Assembly: GCA_002104945.1 (NCBI GenBank)
Contig: MCFH01000032.1
Coordinates: 496,001 to 560,000 of the forward strand
Source of the DNA: Piromyces finnis finn
Taxonomy: Eukaryota; Fungi; Neocallimastigomycota
DNA: 64,000 nucleotides
Direction: 5' to 3'
The position numbers and the translations under genes are program-made. Under the pieces are notes generated by a model. That model ran no database searches and was not told the origin of the DNA. It saw only the letters and a list, made by a program, of their open reading frames with translations. Below, piece after piece: positions 49,486 to 60,707 of this stretch; position 1 is the stretch's first letter, and every line of letters begins with the position of its first letter.

Positions 49486-51407
49486 GCAAGAGTCTTCGTG
49501 GGGGCACTTGTTAAGGAACCAACAAATAATGTTATTCTTGTCATAATTAATGATTATGACCTAATCCATTCATTATTGTTCCTAAATGTATGAAAACTTT
49601 ACAATATTCTTATTTGTAAATTAATGTATACACTTAAATTATATTTAAAATTATTAATAATTATTTTTTATTGAACTTAAATTTTATTTTATTAAACTTA
49701 AAAATTAATTTAGTAATAATAATATATTGAAAATTATAGTTTATTGAACTTTTAGTTTAATTTATCAAGTTAATGAATTTTTATTAATTAAAATTATGAA
49801 TAATATTTCTGTAAAATAGTAAAATTTTTTAGTTAAATATATTTAAAGTAAACTTTTAATGTATGTTAATCAATTTAATAATATGTATAAATATTCATTA
49901 TAATAGTAATGTAATTTTATTATTCATTTAAAAGTAATTTAAATACTAAAATTAATGTAAATAATTAAAGACTAATTCTTTTAATTAACACTACTTAATT
50001 TTTTACAAAAAGTATAAAAAGGTGTATATTATAAGAATTAGAAAATATACAGATATTTTTATTTTTATTTTTATTTTATTTTATAATTTTATATTAATAT
50101 CTTAATAAAACAATTTTATTAATAAAACAATTTTTCTTATTTCATTTTAATATTATTTTTGAGTATTAATAAATTTATTAATATTTTATAAATAAAAGTA
50201 AATTCCTCGAACCGTAACAGATTTGTTAAGGAATGAACATAAATAGTTGAATTAGCTAGAATTTTAGGAATTAATGTGAAGATATTAACTGGATTTAAAA
50301 CAAATTCAGATAATATCTATAATTAATTAAACATAATAATTATAATTAAATAATTTCAATAATTATTTTAAAACACTTTTAAAAGTCACCTTTTAAATTT
50401 TGATTCAGTGAAAGGGTTATGATTTCAAAAATTTAATATCAATATACTATAACCCTTAACCAAAAATAAGCAAGTACGAAATAAGGTGTAACTCGCCAAA
50501 AACGATCGCTACGGCTGTAAGTGCTACGGTGATGAAACTAGGTTTATTGGAAAGCTTAGGAAGAAAGCTACAATTTGGTACAATCGCGGTCCTTCTAACT
50601 GATCATTTAAGGAAGTTATGATCATTTAAAGATTTTATTAGGTAAATTAAAATCAATATGATATCAAGTATGGATCATAAATATTTCTTATGACTTGATG
50701 AAATTAAAAATATATCAATAGGAATTTTAGTTATATTAATTTAATTAATGATAACGATTGTTACTAAAAATAGAACTAGACCCATTTAGGTGTAACAGTT
50801 AATACCTATAAATTAAATAATCTTAATTATTATAAAATAGGTTAACGGCAAGTTTTATTAGAAATAATTTTGAAAATAATAATTATTTAGTTATAACAAA
50901 TATGTTATGGTAATATCAATTAATAATGATGAATTATTAATTGAATAGTTTTTATAATTACTAATTAGGATCAACTGTTTAAATGATTAATCATATGTTT
51001 ATTTTATTTTATGTCATGACAAACAAACAAACAAACAAACAAACAATCTTATTACTTATTTAATTATATTACTAATATATTATATGTAATACTTTATTCT
51101 TATTAATATCAATTTAATAATCTGAACAAAGAATATAAAAGAGAATGAATTGAATTCGATTTTAATTCTTTGTAAAGATTATAGTTATAATCTTAATTAT
51201 ATAGTTACTTATAATATCATTTATATTATTATTAAATAAATAAAAAATTTATAAAAAGTTATTTTAAAGTAAATATAAATTTTTCATTTTTCATTTGGGA
51301 GTTTAAGGTGTTATTTTATAATTAAATTTAATTTCTTAAAAAACATTTTTACTATATAATTAATAACATTCTGACCTGGCCGCATAACCAAACCCAAAAA
51401 CTTAACA

Positions 51408-51418
51408 ATAATCTTTAC
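51408..51418 (+). other. Self-priming PBS of element D
   Basis: ATAATCTTTAC is the exact complement of GTAAAGATTAT at 51172-51182 in the LTR, about 32 nt downstream of TATAAAA (51134-51140). No TGG tRNA-type PBS. Confidence 0.85.
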
Positions 51419-51442
51419 CCGCTGTTTAGTGGCTACTTTAGA

Positions 51443-52468
51443 ATGTTCACTCCGGTTCCTAATTTCCCAGACGAGGTAAACCAACTAAGAGAGGATGCTA
51501 CTCAGACTGCCAAGGATATCATTGAGGGTATCAATGAAAATTTGGTTTTCCGTGAAGATTTTCAAAATTTTTCCAATGATGTGAATAATCGTTTAAATGA
51601 AATCATGAGTGTATTAACCAATATGAATAATAATCAAACTGCTCAGAATGAAGATGAACAACCATTGTTACATACCAATTATGATAGGATAGCTACTCCA
51701 AGACCTACTGTCTTTAGAGATGATGAATCTACTTCAACAAGGTTTGATTTGGATCATGATGTTATCATGAGAGGCCGTTTTGCTACTCCAATCACTCAAG
51801 TGCCAGATCCAGGTATGTTCTCCGGTAAGACTAGTGATACCGATTTGTTTTGTCAATTATGTGAAGATACTTTCAAAACTCTACCAAATCGAACTTTACC
51901 AGAAGAAACAAAAATTAATTTTGTACAATCCCGTCTTCGTGATGCTGCTAGAAATTGGTATCTTGCCAAGTACAAGGATAATATTTATCCATCTACCATG
52001 CAAGAATTGTTGGATGGACTAAGAATTGCTTTCTCAAATGTTGCTAGTTACAAGATAGCTAAAATCAAAATAATGCGTTTAAAACAACAATATGGTAAAA
52101 TAAATGATTATATCGAGGAATTCCGCTCTCTTTCACAACAATTTAAATGGAATGAAGAAGCATTATCTTTAATTTTTTATAATGGTTTACATCCCAAATA
52201 TCAGGAAGAAATTGAAAAGATGGAGGTATTTCCAACCACCATGGAGTCCATTATAACTAGATGTATTTTGATCGAAAGTTCTCTTTCTACAAAGAATAAG
52301 ATTAACCAGTCTTCCAACTCTAAATCTAACAAGAAAAGAAATTCACATTTCAACCACCACAGATCATACAACAACAACAACAACAATAACAACAATAACT
52401 TCCAAAAATATAATAATAATTACAATAACAACAATTATAAAGCTCAAAAAATTAGTTCAAAAAACTAA
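51443..52468 (+). CDS. gag: Gag of element D (Ty3 capsid type, no zinc knuckle, Asn-rich tail)
   Basis: 341-aa ORF with PGMFSG and retrotransposon gag-like helices. Confidence 0.92.
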   Translation: MFTPVPNFPDEVNQLREDATQTAKDIIEGINENLVFREDFQNFSNDVNNRLNEIMSVLTNMNNNQTAQNEDEQPLLHTNYDRIATPRPTVFRDDESTSTRFDLDHDVIMRGRFATPITQVPDPGMFSGKTSDTDLFCQLCEDTFKTLPNRTLPEETKINFVQSRLRDAARNWYLAKYKDNIYPSTMQELLDGLRIAFSNVASYKIAKIKIMRLKQQYGKINDYIEEFRSLSQQFKWNEEALSLIFYNGLHPKYQEEIEKMEVFPTTMESIITRCILIESSLSTKNKINQSSNSKSNKKRNSHFNHHRSYNNNNNNNNNNFQKYNNNYNNNNYKAQKISSKN

Positions 52469-55400
52469 ATAAAGGACTTCCATTGAAGTCCCATCACCAC
52501 TCGAATACAAAAATATTAAACTACACTTTTCCCACTATCAACAAAGATAATACATTACCTTCAACGTTTTTTACTTTTAATACATATGTATTATCCAATA
52601 ATGGAGGTACAAATAATGTACATAATAAAATTGCATGTACATCACTATTAGATAGTGGATCTTATTGTAATTTTATGTCGTACAAACTATTACGTACATT
52701 ACAATTACATCCTCATAAAATTAATAATGTTATCACTGTACAAGGTATCAGTGGTACTTCAATTGAACTTGATGAATATATCAACCTAAACTTTCAGTTA
52801 AAACTATTTATCAACAATAAATTCCATTTCATCAATTTCAAAGAAAAATTTTTACTAGCGGATTATATTCCGACAGATTTATTATTTGGAAATATATTCA
52901 TGTCCAAATATGAAATTCATTATAATTATAATAAAAATTATTTATATTCAAATTTAAAATATGATTTTAACAGAAAGAAATTCAATATGAAGCATGCTAC
53001 TAAATTTTTAAAATTAGAACAATTCATTTCTTATAATAGAAATGACATAAATGTTACACCTACCACTTCTACAGGTGTAAATAACACAAAAAATAAAAAT
53101 AAAAATTATTCCACCAATTTTTATAATTTAAAAAATAAAATTCATAATTTTTATTTCAGATCTAAAACCTTTAGTAAGAAGAAAAATGGTCGATTTCACA
53201 AATTTAACCCTAAACGTTCCAAATTTTTTAGAAAAGTTATATTAAATAAAAATAATTATGATAGATATAATTATAATTATTTAATTCATACTTTTTTGTC
53301 CGAAAAACCAGAAGAAGTAAGCAATTTAGAAGAACATACTATTGAGGATATTCCAAAACCCTATCGAGATTTGGCAAAAGTTTTCAGCAAACAAGAAGCT
53401 GATAAACTACCATCACATAGAATTACAGATTGTAAAATAGTACTAGAAAAAGATGCTACTCTTCACTATGGTCCCATCTATCCCTTATCAGAAGAAGAAT
53501 CAAAAGTTTTAGAAGAGTATATCAAGGAAAATTTAGAAAAAGGCTTTATTAGACCATCCGAATCACCTGCAGGATATCCAGTGGTATTTCAGAAAAAGAA
53601 AGATGGTACTCTTAGAGTTTGTATTGATTATAAAAAACTCAATTCTGTAACGATACGTAACTCCTACCCAATACCACTTATTACCGACATTATAGAACGT
53701 GTCAAAGGTGCAAAGTATTTCACCAAGCTCGACTTACGCTCTGCTTATAATTTAGTTAGAATAAGAAATGATGATGAATATAAAACTGCTTTTCGCACAA
53801 AGTTTGGTCACTATGAATATTTAGTGATGCCATTTGGTTTACGTAACGCTCCTGCTACTTTTCAGGCATTTATAAATTCTGTTCTCAGACCTTTCTTGGA
53901 AAAATCTGTTATTCTCTATTTGGATGATATTCTTATATTTTCAAAAACCTTAGAAGAACACCACCAACATGTACGTGAAGTTCTTTCTAAACTATTAGAA
54001 AATAATTTATATGCTAAACTTCCTAAATGTGAATTTGACAAACCACAAGTTGAATTCTTAGGATATGTTATTTCAGGTTCAGGAATTGCTACCGACCCAA
54101 AAAAGATAGAGTCAATCAAAAATTGGCCTATTCCTACTACAGTTAAGGATGTACAAAGATTTTTAGGTCTTTGTAACTACTATAGACGCTTTGTAATGAA
54201 TTTTGCAGACTTGGCTAAACCCCTCCACAACCTAACAAAAAAGAATGCAAAGTTCAAATGGTCCACAGAATGTGAATCCTCATTTAACATTTTAAAAACG
54301 CGTTTAACTTCAGCACCTATTTTATCACATCCTGATCCTCAAAAACAATATATTTTAGAATGTGATGCAAGTAATGTTGCTATCGGTTCTATACTTTCTC
54401 AATATGATTCAGAAAATCGTCTACATCCTGTTGCTTACTACTCCAGAAGTCTAAGTAGTTCTGAAGTTAATTATTCTATAACAGATAAAGAACTATTAGC
54501 CATTAAGGATTCTTTCTCTACTTGGAGGCACCTTCTTCTTGGTGCTAAATATAAAATAAAAGTTTACACTGATCATAGAAATTTACTTTATACTCTTGGA
54601 GGAAAGGTAGGTAATCAAAGACAACATCGTTGGCACCTTTTCTTTCATGAATACGACTTTGAACTTATATACAGACAAGGTCGTAAGAATGGTAAACCTG
54701 ATTGTCTATCTCGCAGACCTGACTACATGGATAGGACTTATGAAGAAAAGCCAGAATATATTTTAGACTCAAAAAATGTAAAACTAATACCAAGTTTCAT
54801 TGGTATTATGAGTAACTTCTTGGAACAAGTTATTCAATACTTAAAGGACGACGAAACTGCTAAGGATATTATGCTATATTTCAGCCCACATAATGACCAA
54901 AAGGCTTATAGACCATTTAGGAAAATGAACAAGTTTGAATTAAAAAATAATCTTATTTTATATAATAACTTAGTTTATATCCCTGAGAAACTACGTTTAG
55001 ATGTTCTTATGAAATATCATGAACAACCCTCTGCTGGACATCTTGGTATAAAAAGGACTTTAGAATTGATAACTCGAAATTTTTGGTGGCCTAAAATTAA
55101 GGATGATGTCACTAAATTTGTTAATTCTTGTGAGACATGCACAAGAAATAAAGTAACTAGACATCGGAAATATGGAAAATTACAACCTTTAGATACTCCA
55201 GAACGTCCATGGAAATCTATAGAAATTGACTTTCTTTGTGGCCTTCCTGAGTCTAAAGGGTACACCGTAATTATGGTAGTGGTTGACCGCTTTTCTAAAA
55301 TGATTCACTTAGTGCCGTTTAAACAAGTTCCAAACGCAGCACAAACTGCAAAAGCTTTTTTGAACAATGTATATCGTTTACATGGTCTCCCTTATGACCT

Positions 55401-56280
55401 ATATACTGATAGAGGCTCACAATTTACAAGTGATGTTTGGCTCGAATTTTTGGATTTATTATATATTCATCCAAGAATAGCTACTACTGACCACCATGAA
55501 ACTGTTGGACAGGTCGAGAGGTCAAATTCTTTTATTGAACAGTATCTTAGATGTTATTCCAAGTCTTTCTATCATGACGACTGGGTTGATTGGCTTCCAC
55601 TTGCAGAATTCGCCTATAACAACGCTGTTAATGAATCAACCAAAGAAACACCATTCTTCATTAATTATGGTTTCCACCCTCCGATGGATGAAATGACCCT
55701 ATTACCACAATGTAATATTAATCATAAACTAGTTCAAAACGTTAATGATGCATTCAACCACATAAAAGAAGTGTTACTACGCTCCAAAGAGTTGTATAAA
55801 AGAAGAGTGGATAAAAGTCGTTTAGAAGCTCCAAAATTTAAAATTGATGATTTAGTTTGGATTCAAGCCCCACCTTCTCTAAATATTGAAAATAGTTCCA
55901 AATTAGCTCCTTGTAAATATGGTCCATATAAAATAACTCAAGTTTTGAGAAATAACAATTATGAAATCGATATCAAAAAATCACCTTTTCCCAAACACTA
56001 TCCAATATTTCATGTATCTGAGTTGGAACCTTATAGATCAACTCCAAAAGAATTTTTAAATAGAACTGCGGATCCAGAATCAATAAAAGATATAGTGGAA
56101 ATATCTGGATTCCGTACAAATTATAAACAACAACGATATGAATATAAAATTCGATACAAATACCGTTCCGCTTATAATTGGGTACCAGCAAGTGAAGTAG
56201 AAGACAATCCACGTAATCAATACATTTATCAAAAATATTTAAAAAGTGGACGACATTATGCTTCTATAGCATATAATTAA
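52459..56280 (+). CDS. pol: Pol of element D (PR-RT-RNaseH-IN-chromodomain-like), entered by -1 frameshift
   Basis: LLDSGS, YLDD, CDAS, HHCC and DDE motifs; C-terminal YEYKIRYKY..NWVP degenerate chromodomain; slippery A AAA AAC at 52459-52465. Confidence 0.95.
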   Translation, partial: KKLNKGLPLKSHHHSNTKILNYTFPTINKDNTLPSTFFTFNTYVLSNNGGTNNVHNKIACTSLLDSGSYCNFMSYKLLRTLQLHPHKINNVITVQGISGTSIELDEYINLNFQLKLFINNKFHFINFKEKFLLADYIPTDLLFGNIFMSKYEIHYNYNKNYLYSNLKYDFNRKKFNMKHATKFLKLEQFISYNRNDINVTPTTSTGVNNTKNKNKNYSTNFYNLKNKIHNFYFRSKTFSKKKNGRFHKFNPKRSKFFRKVILNKNNYDRYNYNYLIHTFLSEKPEEVSNLEEHTIEDIPKPYRDLAKVFSKQEADKLPSHRITDCKIVLEKDATLHYGPIYPLSEEESKVLEEYIKENLEKGFIRPSESPAGYPVVFQKKKDGTLRVCIDYKKLNSVTIRNSYPIPLITDIIERVKGAKYFTKLDLRSAYNLVRIRNDDEYKTAFRTKFGHYEYLVMPFGLRNAPATFQAFINSVLRPFLEKSVILYLDDILIFSKTLEEHHQHVREVLSKLLENNLYAKLPKCEFDKPQVEFLGYVISGSGIATDPKKIESIKNWPIPTTVKDVQRFLGLCNYYRRFVMNFADLAKPLHNLTKKNAKFKWSTECESSFNILKTRLTSAPILSHPDPQKQYILECDASNVAIGSILSQYDSENRLHPVAYYSRSLSSSEVNYSITDKELLAIKDSFSTWRHLLLGAKYKIKVYTDHRNLLYTLGGKVGNQRQHRWHLFFHEYDFELIYRQGRKNGKPDCLSRRPDYMDRTYEEKPEYILDSKNVKLIPSFIGIMSNFLEQVIQYLKDDETAKDIMLYFSPHNDQKAYRPFRKMNKFELKNNLILYNNLVYIPEKLRLDVLMKYHEQPSAGHLGIKRTLELITRNFWWPKIKDDVTKFVNSCETCTRNKVTRHRKYGKLQPLDTPERPWKSIEIDFLCGLPESKGYTVIMVVVDRFSKMIHLVPFKQVPNAAQTAKAFLNNVYRLHGLPYDLYTDRGSQFTSDVWLEFLDLLYIHPRIATTDHHETVGQVERSNSFIEQYLRCYSKSFYHDDWVDWLPLAEFAYNNAVNESTKETPFFINYGFHPPMDEMTLLPQCNINHKLVQNVNDAFNHIKEVLLRSKELYKRRVDKSRLEAPKFKIDDLVWIQAPPSLNIENSSKLAPCKYGPYKITQVLRNNNYEIDIKKSPFPKHYPIFHVSELEPYRSTPKEFLNRTADPESIKDIVEISGFRTNYKQQRYEYKIRYKYRSAYNWVPASEVEDNPRNQYIYQKYLKSGRHYASIAYN

Positions 56281-58631
56281 TTAAAATAATATTAATAAGT
56301 CAATAATTCTCTAAAAATAACTTTTACACCATTTACAAAATATTTTTATAACAACTAAATTTCGAAATTTAACTCATCACAAAATTTTGAAATTTCAACA
56401 TTTCAAAAATTTTTACACCGAATATTTTTCAATTATCATATTAAAACTTTATTATTTTTTATTTTTATTTTCATATTCAAAATCTGCAGTATCAATTTTA
56501 TTATTAAAATTTTACCTACAAGAAAATTTTTCAAAAAGTGAAATTTCAAAAATCTCACAATGGCCAAGTGACCTTTTGAAATTATTACTTCCTCTCGAAA
56601 AAATTTTTTTAAAATCAAAAATTTTTACTTTTCGCTCCAGTTCATAGAATTCGTCTGGAATACGAATTCCTAGGGAGGGCGTTGTGAAGATATTAACTGG
56701 ATTTAAAACAAATTCAGATAATATCTATAATTAATTAAACATAATAATTATAATTAAATAATTTCAATAATTATTTTAAAACACTTTTAAAAGTCACCTT
56801 TTAAATTTTGATTCAGTGAAAGGGTTATGATTTCAAAAATTTAATATCAATATACTATAACCCTTAACCAAAAATAAGCAAGTACGAAATAAGGTGTAAC
56901 TCGCCAAAAACGATCGCTACGGCTGTAAGTGCTACGGTGATGAAACTAGGTTTATTGGAAAGCTTAGGAAGAAAGCTACAATTTGGTACAATCGCGGTCC
57001 TTCTAACTGATCATTTAAGGAAGTTATGATCATTTAAAGATTTTATTAGGTAAATTAAAATCAATATGATATCAAGTATGGATCATAAATATTTCTTATG
57101 ACTTGATGAAATTAAAAATATATCAATAGGAATTTTAGTTATATTAATTTAATTAATGATAACGATTGTTACTAAAAATAGAACTAGACCCATTTAGGTG
57201 TAACAGTTAATACCTATAAATTAAATAATCTTAATTATTATAAAATAGGTTAACGGCAAGTTTTATTAGAAATAATTTTGAAAATAATAATTATTTAGTT
57301 ATAACAAATATGTTATGGTAATATCAATTAATAATGATGAATTATTAATTGAATAGTTTTTATAATTACTAATTAGGATCAACTGTTTAAATGATTAATC
57401 ATATGTTTATTTTATTTTATGTCATGACAAACAAACAAACAAACAAACAAACAATCTTATTACTTATTTAATTATATTACTAATATATTATATGTAATAC
57501 TTTATTCTTATTAATATCAATTTAATAATCTGAACAAAGAATATAAAAGAGAATGAATTGAATTCGATTTTAATTCTTTGTAAAGATTATAGTTATAATC
57601 TTAATTATATAGTTACTTATAATATCATTTATATTATTATTAAATAAATAAAAAATTTATAAAAAGTTATTTTAAAGTAAATATAAATTTTTCATTTTTC
57701 ATTTGGGAGTTTAAGGTGTTATTTTATAATTAAATTTAATTTCTTAAAAAACATTTTTACTATATAATTAATAACATTCTGACCTGGCCGCATAACCAAA
57801 CCCAAAAACTTAACAATTAACCTTCAACTATTTATATTCCTTACTAGTGTTTAACTCTATTTTTAAAATATAAAAATTATAATATATAATTTTTATACAT
57901 TTTTCTAGTAATTATTAATATTTTTATTATATAGTTATATTATTTGTATATAGTTATTTAAGACCTTTATTATTAGTATTAGTATAATTACTTATAATAT
58001 TTTATACTTATAAATTTTATAAAATTTTATTATTAAAATAGTTATAGGTATTTTATTATTATTTAAGGTTTATTTTATTAATTAACTTTATTGTATAATA
58101 TTTTATAATTTGAAATTATGACATAGAATTTAATTATAATTTTTACTAAAAGAGGCAACTGTTACACACAAAACAGAAGATACCTCGACAGAAAAATTAT
58201 TATTTATGTCTAAAAAAGGGCATAATTAATTGAATAATATAATTTTATTATATGTCATAATTAAATATATAATATATGATATGCAAAAATGTTACACATA
58301 TCATAAATTAAAATTTTATTAATTATAAATTAAAAATTTTTCTATTCAAATATTAAGAGATTATTCATAATATATATTAAGGATTTAATTAATATATGTT
58401 ACAGTGAATGATCCATATATTATAAATGAAATCAATTTAAATCCTTAGCTATCCAAAACCATTAAATTTCAAATAATGGATAGTTGGAAAAAGTACGAGG
58501 ATTTTTGAGAAAATTTTTAAAAATTGAAAAATCAAAAATAAATTAAATGAATAAAAATTAAAATTAAATAAATTTTTATTTTTATAACTATTCAAGTGTT
58601 TTGTGATATCTTATTTGAACCGTAGCAGATT

Positions 58632-59182
58632 TGATACGTTACCTCTATAAAAATAAGAAATTAGCATAAATTCTAGGTAAAAAGTAATTTAGGTTAGAAA
58701 ATAGTAATAATATAATATTGTAGAATAAATTATTAATGTACATTAATGTACATAGTCAATAATAGTAATAATAATTCTAATAATATAGCGGAGTTATAGG
58801 AAAAATGATATAAAAATAGTATAAAAAGAACAAAGAGAAAAAAAAAAAAAGGAATAATTAGTTTGGAAGAATATTTTGGAAGAGAATTATTTAAAGGAGT
58901 TAAATAATTCTATTAGGTTATATTATTTGTTCTTAAATATAAATTATTCTTATTCTTTTAATTGTAAAAAACCTTTCATTCATTAATTATAAATAAAGAT
59001 TGAAGATATAACAAAAATATTATATAAATTACATGTTTCTTTCTTTCTATTTTACTTATTAAAAGTATTGAAATTGTTATTATTAATTTCCTTTATTAGA
59101 ATATATTATTTTATAATTCCCTATTTGCTTTGTCCTAAAATAAATAAATTATTTTGTGGTACTTTATGAAAATATTGTATCA
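58632..59182. mobile_element. Solo LTR E
   Basis: TGATAC/GTATCA terminal inverted repeat; flanks GATT/GAT(T). Confidence 0.78.
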
Positions 59183-59185
59183 GAT

Positions 59186-59940
<755 letters not shown>

Positions 59941-59944
59941 GATT

Positions 59945-60400
59945 TGATAAAGAATGAAATTTATAAATAATGAATTAATAGAATAGCTGATTTTAAAATT
60001 ATATAAACTTAATATAAATTAAAATAATAGTAAATAATCAAAATAATATAAAATATAAATGTTTAATTAAATTTTAAAAATGTAAAATAGAAACAACTTT
60101 TGTTTATAAACAAACTTAAATGTAATTATTTATTATAAATAGAAATAGAAAATATTATTTTTAAAGATTGTTACTAATTAGCCAGGAAAATTAGAATATT
60201 TTAAAATTATAATAAATTAATATATTTTTTTTTTATAATACATAGCGAGATGTATTATACATTTATTTTTGTAAAGAAATGTGTCTTTAACAATAAAACA
60301 AATTATAATATTTACTAAATAACTTAGTAATATTAACACTTTAAAATATTCTGTAAATTATTAATTTATAAAAATATCATTAAAAACACATAGAATTTAA
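59945..60400 (+). mobile_element. Diverged F-like LTR G (right boundary uncertain)
   Basis: TGATAAA start after GATT; collinear blocks such as TTGTTACTAATTAGCCAGGAAAATTAGA resemble family F. Confidence 0.55.
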
Positions 60401-60707
60401 CTTAATAAGTTAGTGTTTAATAATATAATTATTTATTAATAAAATCTCGATTCTTTAAAATATTTGGGAAAATTCACTCGTATTTATACTAAAAATTTTT
60501 TAAATTAATTTATAAAATTTTTTCAACTTAAAATTCTTAACCAATCAATAATCTTCATATAAAATAAAATTTAAAAATAAAATAAAATAAAATAAAATTA
60601 TAATTTTTTTAAAATAGTATCTATGAGGTCTCGAACTAGTGTCATTCAGAACCAAAGTCTTAGCTACTAACCACTAAGACAATTTAGTTATTTCTAGTAT
60701 TCGTTAC

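Larger units (their letters stand above)
42294..50219 (+). mobile_element. Intact Ty3/gypsy LTR retrotransposon C, 16 nt upstream of tRNA-Gly
   Basis: 711-bp LTRs (42294-43004, 49509-50219) identical by eye; TSD GATT; PBS 43012-43029; uninterrupted gag and pol. Confidence 0.98.
50275..57815 (+). mobile_element. Intact chromovirus (Tf1/sushi-like Ty3/gypsy) D
   Basis: 1133-bp LTRs (50275-51407, 56683-57815) identical by eye; TSD ATTAA; PPT AGGGAGGG at 56672-56679; intact gag and pol. Confidence 0.98.
50224..58627 (+). mobile_element. Older solo LTR O related to A/C (TGTTAAGGAA...GAACCGTAGCA), split by element D
   Basis: Termini resemble the A/C LTR; GATT on both sides (50220-50223, 58628-58631). 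Confidence 0.75.
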
